A stretch of 40,208 nt of DNA, taken from assembly GCF_001194135.2 (NCBI RefSeq), contig NC_068986.1:61159321-61199528 (forward strand), given 5' to 3'. A program made the translations under genes and the position numbers. Below the pieces are notes generated by a model, which was not told where the DNA came from, made no database searches, and saw nothing but the letters and a program-made list of their open reading frames with translations. Below, in pieces: positions 1-9,900 of the stretch; position 1 is the stretch's first letter, and each line of letters begins with the position of its first letter. The DNA is from Octopus bimaculoides. Lineage: Eukaryota.

Positions 1-290
1 AATACATATAACACCAAAGTTAAAAACATTCCCAACAATTCCACAATCCCCAACCTCCAAAGCTATTGAAGAAACTGTTATCATCAACTGACCAAGATTC
101 CTAACATTTGCAAAACAAAATTAGACAATACGACGCTGTACTACAGATGACATCATTTGGAACCACAAGAGATTTAACTGAGGCAGCATTCATCCAAACT
201 TTCAAGATCCGACCTCAGATATATCATTGCATTGTTTCTCTACTACCTCTGTCAAATGAATCACCAAAATTGGCCTTTCATTATTTATAA
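1..290 (+). pseudogene. Possible C-terminal remnant of a Penelope-like GIY-YIG endonuclease
   Basis: ORF 108-290 contains ...TRDLTEAAFIQTFK..., resembling the R-x-x-x-E-A-x-x-I motif near the C-terminus of Penelope GIY-YIG domains. Short and truncated by the window edge. Confidence 0.3.
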
Positions 291-405
291 TCTGTACCTG
301 TTTGTTTGGTTACGAAATAAAATACACAAAATGTGTTTCTGAATTACGTGTATTTACTTTATATACATATGAGTTGAAAACTTTCTTCTAGCAATCCACT
401 TAATA

Positions 406-554
406 TCTATGTTCCATACTGGCATGGATTGGAGAGTTATTAATATAGAAATATGGTATCGTAGCTACTAACAGTTGAGGGTCGCGTAGTCTAGACGGTG
501 TTTTTAGATTTCATTATTCTCTTTAACCCGGGCAACGCCGGGTATTTCTGCTAG
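406..554 (+). mobile_element. Helitron 3' terminus / short non-autonomous Helitron
   Basis: GC-rich hairpin ACCCGG-gcaacg-CCGGGT (526-543) lies 7 nt upstream of CTAG (551-554), followed by T555, which is the canonical Helitron 3' end. The 5' end at A405|TCTAT (406) is tentative. Confidence 0.7.
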
Positions 555-575
555 TATATATATATATATAATCTT

Positions 576-624
576 TCTTTTATTTTTTTACTTGCTTCAG
601 TCATTAGATTGTGACCATTCCAGG
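576..624 (-). mobile_element. SINE 3' tail, left half of a copy split by the hAT insertion
   Basis: cttgcttcagtcattagattgtgaccattccagg is the reverse complement of the SINE tail also seen at ~12555-12595 and ~5160-5195. It resumes at 5413. Confidence 0.8.
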
Positions 625-1430
625 CAGGCACGTAGCCACGGGGGTGCTATAGGGTGCTCAGCACCCCCAGTTAGAATCCCAACCCCCGCCCCAGTATGAA
701 AATTTGTTTAATCCATTTTTAAAATAATACATTTCCTCATAAGCAATATCTGAAGTCGCTGAAGATGCATTGAATTAAATTTTTTTTTTGATTCGGTAGT
801 TAGTGATATGAAAACATGGGTAAATTTGAGCTGGTCAAAGTGTTTATTGTAGCTATAATTGTTGTTGCAGAATTAGCTGCTGACCTGGTCATCAACTGTG
901 GGTTGAATTAAGGGGTGGCTGATGCCGGGTCAGTTGTTGTTGTTGTTGTGGTGGTGGTGACGATGGCGGCAGTGGTGCTGGTGATTGTCCTTGTTGCTGT
1001 TGAAAAGTATGTGAAGAATTGTTGCTGTAGTTAGAGATTTAAGGTAGTAAACGCATCACTACACATGTATATATATGAACAGAGATGGACATTAAAACAT
1101 CGTTTTATTTCTACTAGTCAGAGAGGATTATTATTTGCGAAAAAGGAAAGAAAATTTTTGAAATTTTCCAAAATATACATTCAGAAAGAATTTTTTAGGT
1201 GAGAACTTTCACTGAATAATTTTTCTGACTCTTTGAACAAAGTTTATACTGAAATCATTTTGTGTTTAACTAAAAAAAGCATAACTTTGAAGAAATTGAA
1301 AAGAAAAAATACTTGAACTGAAATCTCTTATGAGTTTAATTTAAAAATACATAAATTTTAAGAAATTGTTACTCTTACTACGATATTCTACCTTAGAATT
1401 AATTATTGCGAATATCAGTGCCCAAAAATA

Positions 1431-4400
1431 ATGAATCACTACCGAAAAAGAGAACTGAAGCAATCATTGCTGAATTTCCAATCTGATTCAGCTAATAATG
1501 TTAAAAAGAGAATTGCAAACGAAGTTTCGCAGCTCAAGGGAGGCCTTGCAAAGTCTTTGACACCCTCATTGGATGACTAGGACAGGTCAGCCAGTTCTAG
1601 CAAAGGTTGATCCAAAAATTTATGGAAATCAGAGACGTGACTTCTCGTCAAGCTGGTATACTGCTCGCCCATGGTTAAAGTATTCTCTTTCAAAGAAAGC
1701 CTTGTTTTGTTTTGCTTGTCGGCATTTTAATACTTCTGCTCAAGCTGATACTTGTTTTATTAAAAATGGATATTCTAATTGGCATCATGCAAAAGAAAAA
1801 AACAAAGGTTTAAATAAGCACGCAAACTCTGCATCCCATATCCAAGCTATGGTAACATGAAAGGAAGGCCAACAGCGTTTATCCACAACAACATCCATGT
1901 CTTCAATCTTCCAAAATGATCAGTTGAGCAAAAACCATTATTATATCAGTTTCATTGTTGATATTGTTCATTTTCTTTGTGCAAACGAATTGCCTTTTCA
2001 AGGAAATGAAAATGAAGCTTTTCAGGATCTTTATTCAGAAGATGACACACAGCCTTGTGGTCTTTTTATGAAATTACTCCAGTACATATTAGAGAAAGAC
2101 TCAAAGCTAACGGAGTATTACAGCACGATTCCAAAAAATGTGACCTACACTGCAGCAGCAATGCAAAACGAAATCATCGAATTGTTGAGAAGACACACTG
2201 TCAGCCTCATTGTCGATGAAATAAAATGTCCTGATGTTCCTTATTTTACACTGAAATGTGACGGAACACATGATTTGAAAATCTTGCAATTATTATTAGG
2301 TACTTGAAAAACGGCAGGGTCCTGGAAAAGTTAGTTGTAATGCCAACTACTCAACATTATGATGCTGAAACATTGGCCGACTTGATAATAAGGGAATTAA
2401 TCAACCTTTGCATTGACCCAAAGCGTCTGTTGTCACAATGTTATGATGGTGCTTCTGTGATGTCTGGCAAAATAGGTGGTGTTCAAAGAAAGATTCAGAA
2501 TCAACTTGAGAAATATATACCCTATGTCCATTGTCTTAATCATCAGTTGCATCTTGTCGTGGTTAAGACAATAAAGCGGATTCCAGAGTTAGCTACAATC
2601 TTCAACACCATTAATATTCTTCAAATTTTATTAAACGGCCAGAGATAGCTAGTCTCTGCAAAGGAATGAAGTTGTCACGTCTTATAGAGCATAGGTGGTC
2701 AGGTCATTTCACTGCCATTGCTTCTGAAATAGAAAATCACTTCAAAATTGTTGGTTTGCTAACCGAATGCACAGATTTGTCAGATTTAAAAACATGTATA
2801 GAGGCAACTGGAATTTTACATCAAGTTCGTTCCCCGAAGTTTGTTTTCTTAGCCCTTGTTCTTAGCAAATTTCTGCATATAATTAGACCAGTAAACAAAC
2901 AGTTTCAGAGTCACAAATGTGATATATACCATGGCTTTGGGCTCTTAAGATTGCCAAGAATGAAACAACCAAACTTAGAAACTCTTTAACCCTTTCGTTA
3001 CTATATTTCTGATCAAAATACACCCCTCATGAGTATCAATTAAATTCTAAAATAATCATGAATTTAGACTAGTCTCATTAAACACCTGTAACTTTTTAAT
3101 TTATCAACATATTAATGTGATATTTGGAACATAATTAAAGGGTTTTTAATCAATTCTATTGCATAATTTTTGTCTGAAAGTTCTCCACGTACTGTGGTAC
3201 TGCTAGTGTCTCTCACATGTAAATATTGGTTTAGCTTCACGAATCGTACTCGTTCATAATACTGGAAATATATTCATCGCCAAAAGGTTCCTGATCGCTC
3301 CAGGAATTTGTTATTCTGGGTAACTGTCTAATACCCATAATAATATTTATGGCAAAAAATGCCCATATTTCATCTACAGTTGCAGGAAACCACAAGCTAT
3401 CTTTTTTTTNNNNNNNNNNNNNNNNNNNNNNNNNNNNNNNNNNNNNNNNNNNNNNNNNNNNNNNNNNNNNNNNNNNNNNNNNNNNNNNNNNNNNNNNNNN
3501 NNNNNNNNNNNNNNNNNNNNNNNNNNNNNNNNNNNNNNNNNNNNNNNNNNNNNNNNNNNNNNNNNNNNNNNNNNNNNNNNNNNNNNNNNNNNNNNNNNNN
3601 NNNNNNNNNNNNNNNNNNNNNNNNNNNNNNNNNNNNNNNNNNNNNNNNNNNNNNNNNNNNNNNNNNNNNNNNNNNNNNNNNNNNNNNNNNNNNNNNNNNN
3701 NNNNNNNNNNNNNNNNNNNNNNNNNNNNNNNNNNNNNNNNNNNNNNNNNNNNNNNNNNNNNNNNNNNNNNNNNNNNNNNNNNNNNNNNNNNNNNNNNNNN
3801 NNNNNNNNNNNNNNNNNNNNNNNNNNNNNNNNNNNNNNNNNNNNNNNNNNNNNNNNNNNNNNNNNNNNNNNNNNNNNNNNNNNNNNNNNNAATATTTGAT
3901 GAGATTCTAAAACAAATGAGTCAATTTGATGTTATTGAGGAATGCATGTGTTGAAAAGCTTGCGGGTCCCAACGTTTTTCAGATTATGTTGTTGAAGCCC
4001 TGGTACCATCACAAGATGACTGGATAACCTTTCACCACAAAATTTATTTTGCGATCGTCGATGAAAGCTTGAGAGAGCTAGATAATAGATTTTCAGAGCA
4101 AAACGATAGTATATATTCTTCCTTGGCAAGTCTACTACCAACGTCCGAGACATTTTGATGCTTTAAAACCTTTGAGCAATTTAGTTAATTGTGATAAATC
4201 AGTTTTACTTTCTGAACTTACTGTGGCAAAAACATACATTCCCAAACAAAATATGATGACACTGCTTGATATTTCTAGATCTTTACGTATTGTACAGGAT
4301 GCCTTTCCAAATGTTTATCTTTTGTATGGTGCAGCATTAACATTTAGACCTAGCACAGCTACATGTGAATCATCATTTTTGATGCTAACTCGAATTATGA

Positions 4401-4530
4401 CACCCTTTCGACGAAATATGAAGCACCAATGAAAATCAAACCTCGTGATACTTGCTTCCCTTAATAAATACAAATCAAGTATAGACAAGGACGATTTTCT
4501 AAAAATGTTTTGCCTTGTGTTGCTGTAGAT
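1431..4530 (+). pseudogene. hAT transposase pseudogene (TTF zinc finger / DUF4371 / hATC; 'ZMYM1-like' type)
   Basis: TTF-type Zn finger FSSSWY..RPWLKYS..KKALFCFACRHF (1573-1860). KCDGTHD at the first catalytic D position (1897-2307). CYDGASVMSG and YVHCLNHQLHL CxxH motif (2304-2648). HRWSG (2666-2989). LDNRF at ~4075-4095. hATC PSTATCESSF (4172-4432). Multiple stops and frameshifts; interrupted at 2986. Confidence 0.9.
2986..3409 (-). mobile_element. piggyBac-like element fragment inserted in the hAT transposase
   Basis: Starts TTAA|CCCTTTCGTTAC (TTAA 2986-2989, CCC terminus). The minus strand of ~3150-3401 translates DSLWFPATVDEIWAFFAINIIMGIRQLPRITNSWS...ISSIM/RVRFVKLNQYLHVRD (one frameshift), a PGBD-type transposase N-terminal block. 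The other end is presumably in gap 3410-3890. Confidence 0.8.
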
Positions 4531-4878
4531 TGCAGTTGTATTAAATAAATGTAACCTGATTTTATTTTGTGTTCTGAATATTTTTGAGACTTGTGTCGTA
4601 CAGTTCTCGTACAGCATAATAAAATAATACATTAAGTCCGTTCAAGAGCTAGTACTAGATGCTTGTCCACTCACTGGTACTACTCAAACTCCCGAGTCAA
4701 CACATTGCTCACGAGCTGTCGGGTCACGGCCGACTTTCCATCAACCCATTGGCATTACTCCACCATATTTATCCTGGTGGAGTAATCAATCCATTCTACC
4801 TTGGGGGTGTTCCGTTTCCACACAACAGAGACATAATCAAATTTTATAAACAGAACTGTCTTTAGAGTTCTGTTCAGC

Positions 4879-5341
4879 GGGTGTAATACAAAAGACTCTT
4901 AGGAAAAAAGCCCCCTAAGACAAAAGCCCCTCAAACAACCCCCCCGCTAATTAAAGTATGAAAGTGTTTTTTTTTTTTTACAACTGCGGTTTCCATTTTT
5001 GTTTATTTGAAATTATATAACAATAATGTTTAAAGATTTGGCTGTTATCTCTAGCATGTGGAAAGACCTTTTAGGCTTAACTATGTACTTGTTGAAAATC
5101 ATTAAAAAAAATATTGGAGTCGATACATTCAACTAAAAATTCTTCAAGGTGATGCTCCAGCATGGCCTCAGTTTAATGATTGCAACAAGTAAAATGAAAA
5201 TAAAAATGGAATATATCAGAAGTTTTGACCAGGCTAGGCATCAAGAAATGTGAAAAAAAAAACAAAAAAAAATAACTGAAAAATATAAGCATGGGGTTTT
5301 GGCCACTTTCACACTTTAAGTAGGGGCTTTTGTCCATACCC
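4879..5341. mobile_element. Non-autonomous MULE/Mutator-like MITE nested in the hAT 3' region
   Basis: Left end GGGTGTAATACAAAAG; right end reverse complement GGGTATGGACAAAAG. AAAAGCCCC subterminal motifs are repeated on the left and inverted (GGGGCTTTT) on the right. 9-bp flanking duplication CTGTTCAGC (4870-4878) / TTGTTCAGC (5342-5350), 8/9 identical. Confidence 0.65.
5104..5205 (+). mobile_element. SINE 3' fragment nested in the MULE-like MITE
   Basis: ...ggagtcgatacattcaactaaaaattcttcaaggtgatgctccagcatggcctcagtttaatgattgcaacaagtaaaa aligns with the SINE tail at ~12510-12595. Confidence 0.8.
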
Positions 5342-5412
5342 TTGTTCAGCAACCACAGTTATCAAGATAGCACCCCCAGTTGCAATTGGCTGGCTACATG
5401 GCTGATTCCAGG

Positions 5413-5472
5413 GCACCCCCTTGAAGCATTTTAGTTGAACAAATCAACTCCAATACTTATTTTTTTAAAACC
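5413..5472 (-). mobile_element. SINE, right half of the copy split by the hAT
   Basis: gcacccccttgaagcattttagttgaacaaatcaactccaatacttattttttt directly continues the SINE sequence ending at 624. It is homologous to the uninterrupted minus-strand copy at ~25895-25950. Confidence 0.8.
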
Positions 5473-5716
5473 AGATTTACTGTAAATCTGGGTGGCAGAA
5501 ACTTAAATGCAATACCTGATGAAACACTTACACTAAAATGGGGCTATGGAAAAAGTTTCAAATTCATAACTATTAAGAATAATATTTTATGAATATGAAA
5601 AATTGTTACCTAATGATATTATGGAGTGTAAAAATATATGTTGTGATACATTAATAAAGCCTGTGAATTTCGATCTGCATGTTGTTATTGTCATTTAATA
5701 TATATATGTGTGTGTG

Positions 5717-7144
5717 TCATCATCATCATCATCATTTAACGTCCACTTTCCATGCTGGCTTGGGTTGGACGATTTGACTGAGGATTGGTGAACCGGATGG
5801 CTGCAGCAGGCTCCACTCTGATCTGGCAGAGCTTCTACAGCTGGATGCCCTTCCTAACACCAACCACTCTGACAGTGTAGTGGGTGCTTTCACGTGCCAC
5901 TGGCACGAGGGCCAGTCACATGGTACTGGCAACGGCCACGCTCAAAATGGTGTTTTTTACGTGCCACCTGCACAGGAGCCAGTCCAGTGGCACTGGCAAC
6001 GACCTCGCTTGAATAATTTTCTAACGTGTCACCGGCACAAGTGCCAGTAAGGCGACGCTGGTAATGATCACGCTCAAATGGTGCTATTTACAGGCCACTA
6101 GCACGGAAGCCAGACAGCTGCTCTGGCAATGATCACGCTCGGACAGTGCTGTTAGTGCTTCATTGGCACAGGTGCCAGTCATCGAATATGGTTCAATTAC
6201 GATTTCGATTTCACTTGCCCCAACAGGTCTTCGCAAGCAGAGTTTAGTGTCCAATGAAGTAAAGATACGAATAAGTGGGCTGGCTACACTTCTGGCAGAG
6301 GCCACAGATAATGCTCTCACTTGGCTTGCCGGGTCTTCTCACGTCCAGCATATTTCCAAAGGTCCCGGTCACTAGTCATTGCCTCAGTGAGGCCTAAAGT
6401 TCAAAGGTCGTGCTTCACCATCTCATCCCAGGTCTTCCTGGGTCTACCTCTTCCACAGGTTCCCTCAACTGCTAGGGTGTGACACTTTTTCACACAGCTA
6501 TCATCATCCATTCTTGCCACATGTCCATACCAGCGCAATCATTTCTCTTGCATACCACAACTGATGCTTCTTAGGTTCAACTTTTCTCTCAAGGTACTTA
6601 CACTCTGTCGAGTATGCACACTGACATTACACATCCATCGGAGCATACAGGCTTCGTTTCTTGCGAGCTTACGCATGTTCCCAGCAGTCACGGCCCATGT
6701 TTCACTGCCATGTAGCATGGTTGTTCATACACATGCGTCATACAGTCTGCTTTTTACTCTGAGTGAGAGGCCCTTTGTCACCAGCAGAGGTAAGAGCTCT
6801 CTAAACTTTGTCCCGGCTATTCTTATTCTAGCAGCTACACTTTCAGTGCACCCTCCTCCACTACAAACTTAGCAGAAGCTATTAACTACTTCTAGTTTTT
6901 CTCCCTGGAGTGTGGCAAAGGTTGTTTTCTGCACATTTTCAGTGTTTATTGCTCCTGAGAATCTGCCACATACAAAAACTATCTTGCTAGTTAGCCTTCC
7001 TTTGATATTGCTGTACCTCTTATGTGTCCATAGCTTACACTGGGTACATCTTCTGGAGTTTCTACCTACGCCTTTTCTACAGATCGAGCAGGGCCATCTA
7101 CCTGAAGGGGTTTGTGTTTTGTCTACCTTCCTACTTATTAGGAC
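5717..7144 (-). mobile_element. 5'-truncated RTE-clade LINE (RT C-terminal part, 3' UTR, (ATG)n tail)
   Basis: (TCA)n tail at 5717-5735. The 3' UTR contains repeated GTGCCACTGGCAC-like motifs. The minus strand encodes ...GEKLEVVNSF...ARIRIA..KFRELLPLL.TKGLSLRVK.RLYDACV..TMLHGSETWA...LRWYGHVARM...GRGRPRKTW, with stops. Homologous to 35684-36780. Confidence 0.92.
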
Positions 7145-7220
7145 TATATATATATATGTAAATTATATATATATGTATGTATCTATATATACATATATAT
7201 ATATAAATTATATATATATG

Positions 7221-7273
7221 GTCCAACCCATGCTAGCATGGAAAGCGGACGTTAAACAACGATGATGATGATG
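7221..7273 (+). mobile_element. Extreme 3' tip of the same RTE family
   Basis: ggtccaacccatgctagcatggaaagcggacgttaaacaacgatgatgatgatga matches the reverse complement of 5717-5775 and 35684-35745. Confidence 0.85.
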
Positions 7274-7848
7274 AATTATATATATATTTTACACATAACT
7301 ATTATGGATTATTACAGAAGACCAACCAAAGAAGAAAATATGGATTAAAATCTTATACTAAAGTGTACTTACCAAAATGCAAAGCAGTAACTTTTAATTT
7401 TTAATATTTGATTTATATTTCAAATAAACACCTTTTATAATATTACTTCATATTTTTTTTAAAATACCATTCGATAAATCATACAAATTCTAAATTTTAT
7501 ATCTCTGAAGAGCAGAAGAGTTGTCTATAAATGCTTATCAATATAGGATTCCATTAATGGGACAGCGCTTTTGTGAAACGATTGTAAGATAATTTAAAAC
7601 CTAATTCAAAATTTTTAAACTCACATATTTATTATTATTATATTATATATTTATACTTATACATATTTACATATATCTTTACATATAGTTTTAATACAAC
7701 AATTATACTACACATGTATATATCTTTCCGATGAATTTTCTAATACTGATTTCCTGATATTAATAATAATATATTATAAAATATATATACAATCGCTTGT
7801 GTTAAATACATAAATACNNNNNNNNNNTATATATATATTAATTTATGT

Positions 7849-7904
7849 ATTATTTCTTTACTACCCACAAGGGGCTACACACAGAGGGGACAAACAAGGA
7901 CAGA
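7849..7904 (-). mobile_element. 3' end of a second SINE family
   Basis: tatttctttactacccacaaggggctacacacagagggggacaaacaaggacagaca, recognised as the reverse complement of a common octopod SINE tail. This is from memory and was not searched. Confidence 0.55.
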
Positions 7905-8731
7905 CAGTGTCAATTATCTCTGCCTATGTCCCACAAGTAGCCTACCAAATGACCTAAAGGACCATTTTAATGATATTCCCCTGCAGGCTACCTCTAAGAC
8001 AAATTACAAGGATCTCATCTTTGTGAGTGGGGACTTCAGTGGGCATATTGGAGGGCAGCCCGGTATTTTCCCTGGTGTACACAGGGGCCATGGAATTGGT
8101 TCACAAAATGAAGAGAGAACAAGGCTACTGGAGTTCTGTGATGCAAATAACCTATTGATCTGCAACACCAACTTCAGGAAACCAACCAGCCACCTGATAA
8201 CCTACCAAGTGGCTGAGTTCCTTTTGAGTGTTGGGCTTCACGAAGGCAAAGTGGCCAAGTTCCCTTCAAGCATTAGGCCTCACAGAGGTAAAGTGGCCGA
8301 GTTCCTTTTGAGTGTTGGGCCTCATGGAAGCAAAGTGGCTGAGTTCCTTTTGAATGTTGGGCCTCACTGAAGCAAAGTGGCTGAGTTCCTTTGGGGCATT
8401 GAGCCTCATGCAGGCAAAGTGACTGAGTTCCTTTTGAGTGTTGGGCCTCACAGAGGCAATGACTGAGACCTTTAGCATTATGTCATGCTTGAGAAGACCC
8501 ATCAAGCCAAGCAAAACCACAGTTGTGGCAGATACCGGTGTCATGCAAATGGCACGTAAAATCACCCATTACACTCTTGGAGTGGCTGGCATTAGGAAGG
8601 GCATCCAGCCATAGAAAGCCATGCCAAATCAGAAAGGACTCTGGTGCAGCCTTCCAGCTTACCAGCCCTGGTCAAACCGTCCAACCCATTCCAGCATGGA
8701 CAATGGACATTAAATGATGATGATGATGATG

Positions 8732-8733
<2 letters not shown>
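7905..8733 (+). mobile_element. RTE deletion derivative: AP-endonuclease fragment + 42-bp tandem array + RTE 3' UTR and (GAT)n tail
   Basis: 7905-8208 encodes SIISAYVPQ...IFVSGDFSGHIG...GIGSQNEERTRLLEFCDANNLLICNTNFRK (APE domain). The array follows. 8458-8733 matches the RTE C-terminus and 3' UTR (GAGAAGACCC..CAAGCCAAG, TAGGAAGGGCATCCAGC, CCAACCCAT..CAGCATGG) and ends in GATGATGAT. Confidence 0.85.
8206..8457 (+). repeat. Tandem array, 6 x 42 bp
   Basis: Unit consensus approx. AAAGTGGCTGAGTTCCTTTTGAGTGTTGGGCCTCACGGAGGC. Units start at 8206, 8248, 8290, 8332, 8374 and 8416. Confidence 0.95.
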
Positions 8734-8764
<31 letters not shown>

Positions 8765-9249
8765 CCAGATGGAGCCTACTATGTAGAACTGCTACAACAA
8801 CTGAAGGTTAACAAGTTGTATAACTTTTACTTACACTTTGCTGCATCTACTATGACTCCAGGAATGATATTATACATATAGTAGTGTTAGTTTAAAAACA
8901 AGACTAAGCATAAATCAAAGATTATTTATTTCCATATATTTAATCATGAAGACAAAAAAGAGAACTTTTTTATATTTTTTATTCTTTTAAAACTTCCATG
9001 TTTTAAACAGAAAAATTTTAAATTAGTTTAATGCAATTATTAGCAGTATTAATAATACCCCAAAATTGATACCATTTTTTAAATCTCAACCAAATGAAAT
9101 GTGTGCATTAGAGATTAAGAAGAATAAAATTATATGGCACTAATACATGATGTGATATCTAAAATTTCTCAAAATGGAATCATCAACAAATTTGTAAGTG
9201 TGTTGACTACTGCAGTACTCAGATTTTCTTGTTTTGATGAATTCCTTGA

Positions 9250-9900
9250 TTATTCCTAAACTAACTGAAAAATCCACATGCAACCCAAATGTTTCTTGGC
9301 ATATGTAAACACAAACTTCTTTAAGATCTCCAAATAGGCTTTACTGTCCATAAAGCTCTTGGTCTTATGTATGGAATCACCCACTTTTCCAGACATGTAG
9401 TCCCAAACCTGTACATTGCCACCACTATACTCAACTGTTGGATTCATATACTACGGATGAGATCCTTCTCTGTACCACAATGGATGTACACTAGACCATC
9501 AGAGTCAAACAAATTAAATTTCAACTCATCCATATTTGACCAGCCTGACATGGTCTAAATCTTCTGCTCCTGAATGAACAGAATGCAGGTGCAGTTTATT
9601 CATCCTTGAATCTCAAACTGCTTTAGTCAACTTTTTTTATAGTGATGACACCGATCTGCATGTATTAGTACTGAATGCTGCTGAAAATGTTAATGGTAAT
9701 CATTTTCTTGCTCTTTATCTAAAAGTAGTAAATATACTGGTCTATCCTTTTTGTAGTTTTTCAAACCTGCCCTGATTGAGGATGGACAGAATAGCTGCCA
9801 GTTACACTGAAAATTGCCACAGCACAGTAAGCAGTAACTATTGAACATCCAATGTAAGTGGCTATGGCTCAAAAACTCCATTTCAACTTATGCAGTTGGA
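9250..9900 (-). pseudogene. Tc1-like transposase remnant
   Basis: The minus strand gives ...SNMDELKFNLFDSDG (WSDE.KF block with the first D), then NPTVEYSGGNVQVWDYMS..VG...MDSKAYLEIL...A.KHLG.MWIFQ (PTVKHGGGSVMVWGC...WIFQQDN equivalent), with frameshifts. TIRs were not located. Confidence 0.75.

Larger units (their letters stand above)
625..5404 (+). mobile_element. hAT DNA transposon with both ends, decayed
   Basis: Left TIR CAGGCACGTAGCCA (625-638). Right TIR TGGCTACATGGCTG (5391-5404; reverse complement CAGCCATGTAGCCA, 12/14 identical). Perfect 8-bp TSD ATTCCAGG at 617-624 and 5405-5412. Subterminal AGCACCCCCAGTT motif at both ends. Internal hAT transposase. Confidence 0.93.

Noticed and set aside
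860-1030. GTT/GGT/GAT-rich stretch that could encode poly-Thr/Gln/Val
   Set aside because: Degenerate trinucleotide low-complexity sequence in the hAT 5' region, with no ORF or splice context.
3349-3954. Long ORFs spanning N runs (also 21803-22970, 35703-36788, 35762-36521)
   Set aside because: Their length is an artefact of assembly gaps translated as X. Only the RTE-derived part of 35703-36788 is meaningful.
8206-8457. 42-bp array (and the 106-bp array at 38525-38835) as a CRISPR
   Set aside because: The units are contiguous with no unique spacers, there are no cas genes, and the context is eukaryotic.
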